Both the position numbers and the translations under genes were made by a program. A stretch of 52,976 bases of DNA, filler included, from Limisphaerales bacterium (GTDB lineage Bacteria > Verrucomicrobiota > Verrucomicrobiia > Limisphaerales > SIBE01): the NCBI GenBank assembly GCA_044225505.1. It is 4 parts of 4 records of this genome, joined end to end, with 100 filler letters (N's around TTAATTAATTAA, not from the genome) between each part and the next. Parts side by side here need not be neighbours in the genome. Positions count along the whole stretch, not along the records: positions 1 to 13,197 come from JBGAIN010000202.1; 3 more parts are not named here. One strand, written 5' to 3'. Positions 1 through 10,700 of this stretch are shown piece by piece (position 1 is the first letter of the stretch; every line of letters begins with the position of its first letter). The notes beneath the pieces were generated by a model, which was given only the letters and a program-made list of their open reading frames with translations, did no database searches and had not been told where the DNA came from.

Positions 1-912
1 CAGCTTTGCGTGCGACGGGATGGTGGGAGTTTAGAGTGTTTCCTTACTGAAGGCCGCGCCGGGACCCTTATGCGTGAGAGCGTTGTCCAAAAAGCGCCGC
101 TCTTTGTCGCGGCGAGTATTCGCGAGGTGGAAGGGCGTGCCACCTCGAAGCTGACGTTGCTCGGCTTGGCGACGGCGGTCCAGCGGAGTTGGGTGGAAGA
201 AACGTTTCCGGAGCACCTTTCTTCGGTAGTGGAGCACGTCTATGATCGAACCCATAAACGAGTAGCTGCGATCCGTATTGTTCGATTTCTCGATTTGGTT
301 CTGCATCAGGAACACCAGCGTGAGACGGACCCGCACGCGTCCGGGCGGAGTTTGGCCGAGGCTTACTTCGAGGGTCACTTTGAATTGCCGCTCTTTCATC
401 ACGAACTTAAGCAATTTGTGGCACGCGCCAACCTCATTGCGTTCGCCCGGCCGGAACTGGACTTTCCCAGCTACACCCGCGAAGCGACACTCCTGTGTCT
501 AGCCAATGCATTCAAGGGACTTACCTTGGTGAAAGAAGCGCAAGCCGCGGACTTACGTGTTCCCTTTCGTCAGCACTTGCAGAAGGAACAACTGGAATGG
601 TTGGACGAGCTCGCTCCGCTCACGGTGGAATGGCCAGATGGGCGCAAACTCAAGCTGCTTTATCTCGAGCAACCTGGATCTGGTCCTGGCCAAATTCAGG
701 CTCCGGAATTACAGGTGAAACTGCACGAGTGCTTCGCTCTCCTCGCGCACCCACGAATTTGTGAAAGTCGGATTTCGGTTAAGCTATGGCTGGGTGGTCC
801 GGATGGCAAGCGCTTGGCATTTACCAACGATTGGCCCGAGTTCAAGGCGCGGGAGTATCCCAAACTCAAGGCTACTCTCCAAAAGCGATACCCGGGAGTG
901 GCGTGGCTTTAA
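1..912 (+). CDS. hrpB: ATP-dependent helicase HrpB, C-terminal part (5' end outside window)
   Basis: C-terminus PELQVKLHECF..HPRICESRISVKLWLGGPDGKRLAFTNDW...EYPKLKATLQKRYP resembles the HrpB C-terminal domain; the frame is open from the window start. Confidence 0.8.
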   Translation, partial: QLCVRRDGGSLECFLTEGRAGTLMRESVVQKAPLFVAASIREVEGRATSKLTLLGLATAVQRSWVEETFPEHLSSVVEHVYDRTHKRVAAIRIVRFLDLVLHQEHQRETDPHASGRSLAEAYFEGHFELPLFHHELKQFVARANLIAFARPELDFPSYTREATLLCLANAFKGLTLVKEAQAADLRVPFRQHLQKEQLEWLDELAPLTVEWPDGRKLKLLYLEQPGSGPGQIQAPELQVKLHECFALLAHPRICESRISVKLWLGGPDGKRLAFTNDWPEFKAREYPKLKATLQKRYPGVAWL

Positions 913-1052
913 ATAGTGGTCGGGCCGTCTTTTGGCGCCAGGGCGCTAAGGTCGTGTTTTCCGGGAAGCAAGCTTTGCGAATGGAGTTGAATCGTCTCAC
1001 CCCAACTGCTTGAGCTCGGTCATCGCGAGATTCCCGGCGCGCCCAGGCGAAA

Positions 1053-1589
1053 TTAGGCGGAGGTCACGTAGTGCTTCACAAACTGACGGAACCGGTCGGT
1101 ATTGGCCGGAGTAAACGTCCGCTGCACCATCCCATTTCGGCCTAGGATGCTCACTTTGACCGATTCGGCGGTGGCAATCGTTCTTAGTTGCTGACCGTTA
1201 ACCACGTAGATCGCTCTTTCACTAACTTGATCGGACTGGGTTCGGCGGGAATTCAGGCTACCTGAGCCAATGAACTTAAGTTCCTGACCGTCCGCAATGA
1301 TGACCAACGTTTCACCGGGAGGAATCTCCAGGAAACCGGTTTCGGCCCGAGCCATATAGTCGACTTCCAAGTAGTACTGGTAGTCCTTCGCGTTCTTGAA
1401 CATCCGCGAGGCGTTCAACCAGACGATTTCCCGGATCGGCTCCGGCGATTCCAGCATGTTCTCCGCCATTAGGTCCGTCCGCGCACGCGTTACCGGATCA
1501 ACATACGTGGCTACCGGACGAGGATTGCTCGCACATCCGGCTAAGGCTAACAAACCTGCCGCGAGCAGGAAACAACTCAGCTTTTTCAC
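1053..1589 (-). CDS. Hypothetical lipoprotein
   Basis: KK, hydrophobic stretch, then lipobox LAGC; 178-aa ORF. Confidence 0.75.
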   Translation of the reverse strand: MKKLSCFLLAAGLLALAGCASNPRPVATYVDPVTRARTDLMAENMLESPEPIREIVWLNASRMFKNAKDYQYYLEVDYMARAETGFLEIPPGETLVIIADGQELKFIGSGSLNSRRTQSDQVSERAIYVVNGQQLRTIATAESVKVSILGRNGMVQRTFTPANTDRFRQFVKHYVTSA

Positions 1590-1705
1590 AAGGTGCCTTT
1601 CTCAAGACAAGCGCTCCGGCTTGGAGCGCTGTGGGTTGCCCAGACTTTCGCTTGGAGCGCGCCGAAGGTTACCATGAAGCCATGCTGCAGGTAAATATGA
1701 TTGCA

Positions 1706-3037
1706 TCAATCGTCGATGGACTGGAAAACCAATTGACGAAACAGGTCGCCCGTTCGGTCGTTGGACGAGCCTTGAGTTTGCTTCATGAGCACACCAACGA
1801 TCTGCTCTTTCGGATCGGCAAAGTATTGGGTGTTGAAATACCCACCCCATTCCAACGTTCCCGAAGTGCCTTTGCCTCCTTTGTCCTGTCCAGAAGGTGT
1901 CAGCACACCGAAAACCAATCCATAAACGAGATCGCCCTTTTTCCCGCCGGACATGAGATCGCCCGTCTGGTTGGCGACGATGGTTTGGACCGTGGTTCGA
2001 CTCAGCAGCCTCGAGCCGTTCAGTTCGCCACCGTTTAAGTACATTTGCAGAAACGTCGCATAGTCGCGCGCGGTGCTGCATAACCCAGCCCCGCCCGAGA
2101 AGAACGCCTTAGCACCTTTGATAGGGTATTCTGGATCGTAGAGTGTCACAGGATAAGCCTGCCAGGCGCCGTCTTTAAGCTCCTGAACTCTTACCAGTCG
2201 CTCGGCTTTTTGTTCCGGTAGGTAAAATCCCGTGTCTGACATTCCCAACGGGGTGAAGACATGGCGGCGAAGGTACTGGTCGAAAGGCATTCCGGAGACG
2301 ATTTCAATGAAATAGCCAAGAACATCCAAGCCTTCGCTATAGGTAAACTGTTCGCCAGGGTGATGATGTAACGGGAGCTTCGCTAGCTTGCGGACGCTCT
2401 CGCCGATCAGCACTCGTTCCGTGGTAAACAGGTCGGTAACGCCGGCCTTCGCGTAGATGGCCTTAAACCGTTCATCCCCGTCGATGACCCCATAGCCAAT
2501 GCCAGAAGTATGCGTCAGTAAATGCCGAATCGTGATTTCGGATTTGGCAGGTTCGGTGGTAAGACTGCCGTCGGACGAGTTGTAGCCCTTTAGCACCTGT
2601 GGATTCTTGAACTCCGGGATAAACTTCGAAATCGGATCATCTAATTGAAACAAGCCTCGCTCCCACAGCATCATAACGGCCGTTGCAGTCACCGCTTTGC
2701 TTTGGGAGGCGATCCGGAAGATGTCATCCTTGCGAACGGCACGATTCGACGCGTTGTCCGCCGAACCGAACGCCCGATGGTAAACTATTTTGCCGTGACG
2801 AGCCACGAGCGCCACCACTCCAGGGATATTCTTGTCTTCAATCGCTTTTCGGCAAAGGTCGTCAATTCGTGCCAGGCGCGCAGCAGACAGACCGACGCTC
2901 TCGGGCGGCGCTTCGGTTAAAGCCGGAGATTTTTGATTGGACGGAGTTTGCGCGAGGGCGCTTAGAGTTGCCGCGCAGCAGATCCACCAGGCCCATAGGT
3001 GCGAAAAGACAAAGCTTGTCCGCCGTGAAGTGTGCAT
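1706..3037 (-). CDS. Secreted serine hydrolase, beta-lactamase class C-like family
   Basis: FRIASQSK (SxxK), RHLLTHTSG, F-T-Y-S and WGG motifs, plus a signal peptide; start codon uncertain (3037-3073). Confidence 0.9.
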   Translation of the reverse strand: MHTSRRTSFVFSHLWAWWICCAATLSALAQTPSNQKSPALTEAPPESVGLSAARLARIDDLCRKAIEDKNIPGVVALVARHGKIVYHRAFGSADNASNRAVRKDDIFRIASQSKAVTATAVMMLWERGLFQLDDPISKFIPEFKNPQVLKGYNSSDGSLTTEPAKSEITIRHLLTHTSGIGYGVIDGDERFKAIYAKAGVTDLFTTERVLIGESVRKLAKLPLHHHPGEQFTYSEGLDVLGYFIEIVSGMPFDQYLRRHVFTPLGMSDTGFYLPEQKAERLVRVQELKDGAWQAYPVTLYDPEYPIKGAKAFFSGGAGLCSTARDYATFLQMYLNGGELNGSRLLSRTTVQTIVANQTGDLMSGGKKGDLVYGLVFGVLTPSGQDKGGKGTSGTLEWGGYFNTQYFADPKEQIVGVLMKQTQGSSNDRTGDLFRQLVFQSIDD

Positions 3038-3191
3038 AGGTGCGAGCGTGAATTCCCATCGCGACGTGCACAAGGATAAAACGTCAGCGACGTTGCGACT
3101 CTGTCAACCGGTGCCCCCGGGGACAATTTCAGGCGCTTTCGCGTCGCTCTTGAGGCGTAATCCCTGGTATTGCAATGCGAGCGCCGCAGCT

Positions 3192-3812
3192 ATGTTTAAT
3201 CCATTACCCAGATCGTTCTACGAACCCTCCGCGCAAGCCGTCGCACCTTCGCTGCTTGGACATTGGCTGATACGCCGAACGGCAAACGGGGATTGCGGCG
3301 GACCCATCGTGGAGACGGAGGCTTACCTGGTCGGGGATCCGGCATGCCACGCGTTTGTCGGTCGCACAAACCGCAATCGGGTAATGTGGGGGATCCCAGG
3401 TATGGCCTATGTCTATTTGATCTACGGCTTTCATTACTGCGTGAATGCCGTGTGTCAGCCGGAAGGTGTGGCCGAGGCCGTTCTAATTCGCGCGATCGAA
3501 CCTTCCTTTGGGATCGAAGCAATGCGGCAGCAGCGTCCGGCCGGGAACCCCATCGACTTGACCAATGGCCCGGGAAAGTTGTGCGCCGCGCTGGGCATCA
3601 CTCGCGAATTGGACGGCGCGGACTTGTGTCAGCGCCGGTCGCAACTACTTATCGGAGAAAATCCAGATCGCGTGGCTTTCTTGCAGGCTAATGGTCCAGT
3701 CGTCACCACCACTCGGGTGGGAATTACAAAAGCGGCCGAGCTCCCACTTCGGTTCTATTTGAAAGCCAGTCCATTTTATTCAAACAAAAGGCGTCGAGCG
3801 GCTGCTTCCTGA
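3192..3812 (+). CDS. mpg: DNA-3-methyladenine glycosylase (MPG family)
   Basis: IVETEAY, D-P-A-C-H, AYVYLIYG, AVLIRAIEP, NGPGKLC and RVGI motifs; ATG 3192 preferred over the extended ORF start. Confidence 0.95.
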   Translation: MFNPLPRSFYEPSAQAVAPSLLGHWLIRRTANGDCGGPIVETEAYLVGDPACHAFVGRTNRNRVMWGIPGMAYVYLIYGFHYCVNAVCQPEGVAEAVLIRAIEPSFGIEAMRQQRPAGNPIDLTNGPGKLCAALGITRELDGADLCQRRSQLLIGENPDRVAFLQANGPVVTTTRVGITKAAELPLRFYLKASPFYSNKRRRAAAS

Positions 3813-3853
3813 GCGAGTGGGCCGACGGATGAACGTTCGTCTCGTGGCCTGCG

Positions 3854-4336
3854 TCACTTACTGGCGCGGACTTGGAGGGTCGAGATGGCCTCGCGCACTC
3901 CTTCCGTTTCTAAAGCCAGTTTCATGGCGGCACTGACTTCTTCGGCCGAAGCAACGCTCCCGGACAGCGTGACAACGCCGTCGGTCGTGTTGACCGAGAT
4001 TCGCAAGGCAGAGAGAGCTGGATCTTTGACCAGCTTTGCCTTAATGGCCGCTGTCACTCGGGCGTCCAGAGCTGCGTCCGCAATGGCCCCGCCAACTTCG
4101 CCAGCTTTCTTGCGCACAACCTTGCCCGTCCGTTCGATCTCTTGTTTGATATCGGGAGCACTCAACGAGAGATCTTTTAGCTTCTCTTTCACGGATTCGG
4201 TGAGTTGCGCAGCGCCACGGCGCGCCTGGTCTTCCGCTTGGCGCACGTCCGATTTATGTTGGTCGTCCTTCAGATACCAATACGCCCCCCCTGCGATCGC
4301 AACCACCAGGACCAATCCAAGCAATAGTCTCATCAT
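3854..4336 (-). CDS. BON domain (OsmY-like) protein
   Basis: N-terminal TM helix; D-A-R-V-T-A-A-I-K-A-K-L ... ISVNTTDGVVTLSG BON signature. Confidence 0.9.
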   Translation of the reverse strand: MMRLLLGLVLVVAIAGGAYWYLKDDQHKSDVRQAEDQARRGAAQLTESVKEKLKDLSLSAPDIKQEIERTGKVVRKKAGEVGGAIADAALDARVTAAIKAKLVKDPALSALRISVNTTDGVVTLSGSVASAEEVSAAMKLALETEGVREAISTLQVRASK

Positions 4337-4370
4337 ACGCTAATGTAGCAGCGGCGTGGTTCCGAGCAAC

Positions 4371-5186
4371 CTACCGAACGAGCAGGGCAATCGACTCGTA
4401 AGCTTCGTGAATCACTTCGATCCCATACTTTTTCTCCAGCCGCTTCACAATAAAGTGACCGCGTGCCATGTTCTGAAAGTGGTCCATAAACAGAACGTTG
4501 ACCAGCGAGCCTCCTGCGGCTCCAACAATCGGGACTGCTTTGGCCGCAACCTGTTCCGAAACCACGACTCCAAAACGCGAGGCGATGGCCGAAATCAGTC
4601 GTGCAACCGCAGGTGCACTCTTTTCGAGAAAGCCCTTTTCGGCAAAATAAGATGCGGCTTCTGCCACGGCTCGACTCAACGCCGCCCGGACCGCCCAATA
4701 GGAGCTTTCAGTGCTATCATCCGACTGGACCGTTCCTCCCAAGGCAAACACTTCCAGGCAATTCAGCTTGGTTTGGATATTGTCAAGGTCGTGGCCTTCC
4801 GTGCGGGCTATGTCCGCAATGGAGCGCAACATGATGGTCGTCGAGATCGGCAACTCCAGGACGAGGGCAGGCAATCCAAAGGCACCGCCAACTCCACCCG
4901 AAGCGCCGACCATCACCTTGTGGAAGAACTCAGAGGCGTGCGGCTTGCGTCGTGGACGCAGCGTCGTCACGGCCAATTCCAACCCTCGAAATAGCGCTGA
5001 CCGAACCGCCTTATGCACGGTGGACGCCCAACCTTCCGGCAACATAGCAAACCCTTTTTCGATGGGCATTCCAATCACGTTCGCCAGGCGCGCGGTAAGT
5101 CCCGGATTTTCGAGTAATCGCTTGGCGTGCGTCAGGTCATCCAAATCCCGCTCGGATAGGATCACTGGCGGTCGCATTGTGCTCAT
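4371..5186 (-). CDS. EcsC family protein
   Basis: GASGGVGGAFG, ELPISTTIMLRSIADIA, CLEVFALG and AVPIVGAAGG motifs typical of the EcsC family. Confidence 0.85.
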   Translation of the reverse strand: MSTMRPPVILSERDLDDLTHAKRLLENPGLTARLANVIGMPIEKGFAMLPEGWASTVHKAVRSALFRGLELAVTTLRPRRKPHASEFFHKVMVGASGGVGGAFGLPALVLELPISTTIMLRSIADIARTEGHDLDNIQTKLNCLEVFALGGTVQSDDSTESSYWAVRAALSRAVAEAASYFAEKGFLEKSAPAVARLISAIASRFGVVVSEQVAAKAVPIVGAAGGSLVNVLFMDHFQNMARGHFIVKRLEKKYGIEVIHEAYESIALLVR

Positions 5187-5263
5187 AGGCCTATTCTAGC
5201 TCACATCCGACGTTAGCGCAGGCTCATCCTCAGGAAAGAACCTGGTGCCAGCGGAGCCACCTG

Positions 5264-6745
5264 CTAATCCGCCCAGTTTTTCGCTCGTCCGAGAGCTTTC
5301 ACCCATTCCGCGCACAGCTTTTTTCGCACTGCCCCTCTCATGACAGGACGGAAGGTGCGGTCCGCGGACCACAATCGCGAGATTTCTGTTTGATCTTTCC
5401 AGAAACCGACCGCTAAACCCGCCAGGAAAGCTGCACCGCGTGCCGTTGTTTCCGTGATTTGGGGACGCACGACGGGCACGTTGAGTATATCGGATTGAAA
5501 CTGCATCAGGAGATCGTTGGCGCAAGCGCCGCCATCGACCCGTAACTCTTTCAGGCGAATTCCGGCATCCGCCTCCATGGCCTTTAGAACGTCCATCACT
5601 TGGTAACTAATTCCTTCCAAGGCGGCCCGTGCGAGATGGGCAGCCTTCGTCCCCCGGGTCAATCCGGTAATGACTCCCCGCGCGTACGGATCCCAATGTG
5701 GCGCGCCCAACCCAGCAAACGCCGGGACCAGGTAAACCCCTCCGTTGTCGGGCGCCTGGCGTGCTAATGCTTCCACGTCACTGGAACTGCGAATGATGCC
5801 GAGTCCGTCGCGCAGCCACTGCACGACAGCTCCAGCGATGAAAATGCTTCCTTCCAGGGCATACTCGGTGCGCTTGCCGATTTTCCAGGCAACGGTCGTC
5901 AGCAATTGATGGCGGGACTTAATCAACCTCGAACCGGTATGCATGAGCATAAAACAACCGGTCCCATAGGTGTTTTTGACCAGACCTGGCCGGTGGCAAG
6001 CTTGCCCAAAGAGGGCGGCTTGTTGGTCTCCAGCGAGACCCGCGATCGGAATCGGATCGGAGAAGAGGTTTGCCGTGCCGTAGACTTCACTGGAACTCCG
6101 CACCTCGGGTAGAAGAGATCGGGGAACGCCAAATAGCTCGAGCAACTCGTCATCCCATTGTCCGGTTTGTATATTGAACAGCATCGTGCGTGATGCATTG
6201 CTGACATCGGTCACGTGCACTTTTCCCCCTGTTAAATTCCAGACCAGCCAGGAATCTACTGTGCCAAAGGCGAGTTGGCCTGCTCTCGCCTTGCTCTTCG
6301 CTCCTGGGACATGGCGCAAAATCCATTGCAGCTTCGTGGCGGAGAAGTAAGCGTCGATGACCAAGCCGGTTTTCTGGCGCACTTTCTTTTCGATGCCATT
6401 CGCTTTGAGTCGATCACACGCGGAGGCCGTTCGCCGATCTTGCCAAACGATGGCATTGCAAATGGGCTTCCCTGTCTGTCTGTCCCAGACCAACGTTGTC
6501 TCCCGCTGATTGGTGATGCCAATGGCGGCGACGTCACGCGCGGTCACTCCCGCATTCGCCAAGGCCTCCGTAGCGACACCGGCTTGGCTGGACCAAATGT
6601 CATGGGGATTATGTTCCACCCAGCCTGGTCTGGGAAAGAGTTGTGGAAACTCCTTCTGCGCCTGGGCGACGACGTTCCCTTTGGCGTCAAAGAGGATGGC
6701 CCTTGAACTGGTAGTCCCTTGATCGAGAGCGAGGATGTATTTCAT
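5264..6745 (-). CDS. glpK: Glycerol kinase
   Basis: [58 protein letters not shown]. Confidence 0.98.
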   Translation of the reverse strand: MKYILALDQGTTSSRAILFDAKGNVVAQAQKEFPQLFPRPGWVEHNPHDIWSSQAGVATEALANAGVTARDVAAIGITNQRETTLVWDRQTGKPICNAIVWQDRRTASACDRLKANGIEKKVRQKTGLVIDAYFSATKLQWILRHVPGAKSKARAGQLAFGTVDSWLVWNLTGGKVHVTDVSNASRTMLFNIQTGQWDDELLELFGVPRSLLPEVRSSSEVYGTANLFSDPIPIAGLAGDQQAALFGQACHRPGLVKNTYGTGCFMLMHTGSRLIKSRHQLLTTVAWKIGKRTEYALEGSIFIAGAVVQWLRDGLGIIRSSSDVEALARQAPDNGGVYLVPAFAGLGAPHWDPYARGVITGLTRGTKAAHLARAALEGISYQVMDVLKAMEADAGIRLKELRVDGGACANDLLMQFQSDILNVPVVRPQITETTARGAAFLAGLAVGFWKDQTEISRLWSADRTFRPVMRGAVRKKLCAEWVKALGRAKNWAD

Positions 6746-6748
6746 GTG

Positions 6749-7480
6749 TCAACTGTGCCAAAGCGCGCGATAAGCGAGGGCCCCCAGCCATCCGCCCAGA
6801 AGCGGCCCAATCACTGGCACCCAAGCGTAGGACCATCCCGACGCACCTTTGCCAGGAATTGGCAAAATGAAATGCGCCAGGCGCGGTCCCAGATCGCGGG
6901 CGGGATTGATCGCGTAACCGGTGGGGCCGCCCAGTGATAGGCCAATTGAGAAAACCAGCAACCCGACCAGACCGGGACCCATGCCGCTGGGGAAACCGGT
7001 GTCCGGATTCAGGTTTTTTGGAGACAGAATCGCCAAAACACCAAACACGAGGATGAAGGTTCCAATCAATTCCGTGAGCAAATTCGCGCCGGGTCGATGG
7101 ATAGCCGGTATTGTGCAGAACACGCCGAGCTTTGATCCCGGATCGTCAGTCGCTTTCCAATGCGGCAAGTAAGCCAGCCAGACCAAGATTCCACCGGTGA
7201 AAGCGCCCAGCATTTGCGCTAACAGGTAAACAGGGACTTCCTGCCAGGAGAATTTACCAATGCCAGCCATCGCGAGAGTTACGGCCGGATTGAAGTGGCC
7301 TCCGCTGACCCAACCGACAGCGTAGACTGCCATGGCCACTGCAAGACCCCAGCCCGCAGTGATCACAATCCATCCTGAGTTCTGACCTTTGGTTTGGCCA
7401 AGGACGACATTGGCCACCACACCGTCGCCTAACAGGATTAACAGAGCTGTCCCGACAAACTCCGCGGTAAACGGTGACAT
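6749..7480 (-). CDS. glpF: Glycerol uptake facilitator (aquaglyceroporin)
   Basis: SGGHFNPAVT and GYAINPARD motifs; 3 bp upstream of glpK. Confidence 0.95.
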   Translation of the reverse strand: MSPFTAEFVGTALLILLGDGVVANVVLGQTKGQNSGWIVITAGWGLAVAMAVYAVGWVSGGHFNPAVTLAMAGIGKFSWQEVPVYLLAQMLGAFTGGILVWLAYLPHWKATDDPGSKLGVFCTIPAIHRPGANLLTELIGTFILVFGVLAILSPKNLNPDTGFPSGMGPGLVGLLVFSIGLSLGGPTGYAINPARDLGPRLAHFILPIPGKGASGWSYAWVPVIGPLLGGWLGALAYRALWHS

Positions 7481-7725
7481 AATTGTTCGAGCGTCTTGGA
7501 CTTGCCACAGGCAGGTTCAACCCAAATCCATCACGGTCGATCCATCGCTGCCGATGAAAAAGAGATGACGGCTTCTCTTGATTGAACGTTGCTGTGTCAG
7601 AGCTTTAATCACATCCGCTTGCTGGAGGCAAGCTTTTGAGGCGGAGCCGAGCTGTCATGGAGCCTCTCGACGAATTGCGGCGCTTGATTCAGCCGTGCTT
7701 TGGGATATCCTGATTCGAGCTCAAG

Positions 7726-10700
7726 ATGTTCTTCCTGAATTTCCTTCTTAGTCGCTCATTGAGCGAGTCTACCTTCCATCGATGTCCGGGGCGCGGTCGC
7801 CGTCGATGGCGGATCGCGTGTGGTTGTCTCGCAGTTTGGCTCTGGAGGTTGCCAGACGTGGCTGCGGCGGTCGTCATCAACGAGATTCACTATGCGCCAG
7901 ACGTTAAGACCGAGACCGTGGAGTTTGTGGAACTGCACAACCCCGGGACGGAGAGTGTGAGCTTGGCAGGCTGGACTTTAAGCGGCGGCATTCAGTATGC
8001 CTTTGGAGCGAATACGCAGATAGGGCCAGGTGGGTACACCGTCGTCGCGCAAAACCCGGAAGCAATCCGTCAGAAATTTGGAGTCACCGACGCGCTCGGG
8101 CCTTGGACGGGCAGACTTTCGAATCAAGCAGACTCGCTGCAGCTCAGGAATGGGAGCGGGGAATCGATCGACACAGTGGACTACCAACTCGGGTTCCCAT
8201 GGCCAACCGTGGGAGACTCGCCGGGTTATTCCATCGAACTCATTCACCCGAACCTGGACAACTCGCTGGGCGGGAGTTGGAGACCTTCAGTGCACGGCAA
8301 CGCCGCAACGCAGAGCCGGTCACTTCTGCCGGCCGGCAGTCAATGGCGGTTTTTCAAGGGAATTGCTGAGCCCTCCTCACCAGTGACTGCTTGGCGCACC
8401 CCTAATTTCGACGACTCGAGCTGGACTCAAGCGACCACACCAATTGGTTACGGCGAGAACTTTGTGACCACTGTCTTGAACGACATGCGGAACGGTTACG
8501 CTTCCGTCTTTTTGCGAAAGGACTTTGCTATCGAAGATCCGACGCAAATCTCAACTTTGCTGCTGGAAGCACAATATGACGATGGCATTAAGATTTGGAT
8601 CAACGGCGTCCACCTGGTGAACGCCAACATTGCGTCCGAAGAGGTTCCGTTTGACGGCACCGCCAGCAGCGCCATTGAAAATGCCGAGTTCGTTCCTTTC
8701 CCGGTGACGGGCGCTTCAGCCTTCCTTCGTCAGGGCCGAAATGTCATCGCAGTCCAAGCGCATAATTCAAGTCTTGGCAGCAGCAGCGATTTCTTCTTCG
8801 ATCTCAGGGTCTCGGTTGAGACTGGTTCTGCCTCGCGTGGGCCGACGCCAGGTCGGCGCAATTCGGTCTATGCCGAGGATGCACCCCCTCAGATTCGGCA
8901 ATGCGCTGCCGAGCCAGAACAGCCAGCCACTCACCAACCTGTCAAAGTCTCCGCTAAAGTGACTGATCCCGACGGCGTGAAACGGGTTCAATTGGAGTAC
9001 CAAATCGTGGAACCCGGGACTTACGTAGAGCTGTCCGACGCTGCCTACCAGACGAACTGGATCGCCTTGCCGATGCAGGACCTGGGAATCAAGCCGGACA
9101 ACATCCCAGGGGATGCGACTTACTCGGTTGAAATCCCAGGCACGGTGCAGGAGAATCGACGCCTCATCCGGTATCGAATCACGGCCGAAGATCGGAAAGG
9201 GCAGCAGATTACCGTGCCGTTCGCGGATGACCCGTCACCCAACTTCGCCTATTTTGTCTACGACGGAGTTCCCGCGTGGCGTGGCGCTATTCAACCCAAC
9301 AGCGCGGATGCGCAGCGCCGGTCGCCGCAGCTTTTTGAAACGAATGTCATGCGGCGCCTGCCGGTTTACCACCTGATCTCGAAGCAATCCTCGGTTGAGC
9401 ATAGCACTTGGCTGGATCGCTACGGCGGTGATCTTTACAAATGGAAAGGCACTTTGGTTTACGACGGCCGTGTCTATGATCATATTGGCTTTCGGGCTCG
9501 AGGAGGCGTTTGGCGCTACGCCATGGGGAAGAACATGTGGAAGTTCGATTTTAACCGCGGTCATGACTTTGAGCCGCGCGATAATTACGGTCGAAAGTAT
9601 CCGGTGCCCTGGACGAAACTCAACTTAGGCGCCTGCATTCAGCAGGGCGATTTTCAACACCGTGGCGAACAGGGCATGTTTGAATCCGTCGGATTGCGTC
9701 TGTTTGCGCTGGCTGGGATTGAGGCGCCCGAAACTCATTTCGTGCAGTTTCGGGTCGTTGACGCGGTGACTGAGAGCGATCCCAACAATCAGTATGAGGG
9801 AGATTTCTGGGGGCTCTATCTGGCCATTGAGCAGGAGGACGGGCGGTTTCTCGATACTCACCAATTACCGGACGGCAATTTCTACAAGATGGAATCCGGA
9901 ACTGGCGAATTAAATAATCTGGGAGCCGCCGGTCCGCGTGACAAATCCGACCTCAATAACTTTCTCTCCGGGTATCGCCAGGGCGACGCGACGGATGTTT
10001 GGTGGCGGACTCATTTCGACCTCGGTCGCTACTATAGTTACCAAGCGATCGTCCAAGGCATTCATCACTACGATATCTGTTACGGGAAAAACTATTTTTA
10101 TTTCCTCAATCCTGAAACCGGGCTTTGGTCCGTTCATCCGTGGGACTTGGATTTGACTTGGGCGGACAACATGTTCGACGCGGGGTGCGGCGGGACCGAC
10201 GAGTTCAAAGACCGCGTGCTGACCCGGCCGGCCTTCACGATCGAGTTTCAGAATCGGGTGCGAGAGATCCGGGACCTTCTGTTCAATACAGATCAGGCTT
10301 GGCAACTGATCGACGAATACGCCGCGATGATCGATGACCCGCACGGAGGGCCGTCCATGGTCGATGCTGATCGTGCCCAATGGGATTACAATCCCGTGAT
10401 GGCGAATAGCGCGATCGTGAATAGTTCCAAGGCAGGACAAGGCCGCTTCTACCAGGTGGTTCCGTCCAAAGACTTCCCTGGGATGGTGGCGAAGATGAAG
10501 AGCTACGTTGTCACGCGCGGAACATTTCTGGACAACCTGGCGAATGACCCGGCCATTCCGCAACAACCGTCTTTAACCTCTGCGAGTCCGGCGAGCTTCC
10601 CGGCGAACCGGCTTCTTTTTCGAGTGTCGGCCTATGCTGGCGCCGCGTCGTTTGCAGCGATGGAATGGCGTCTTGGAGAGGTGACGCCGGCGAATGCACC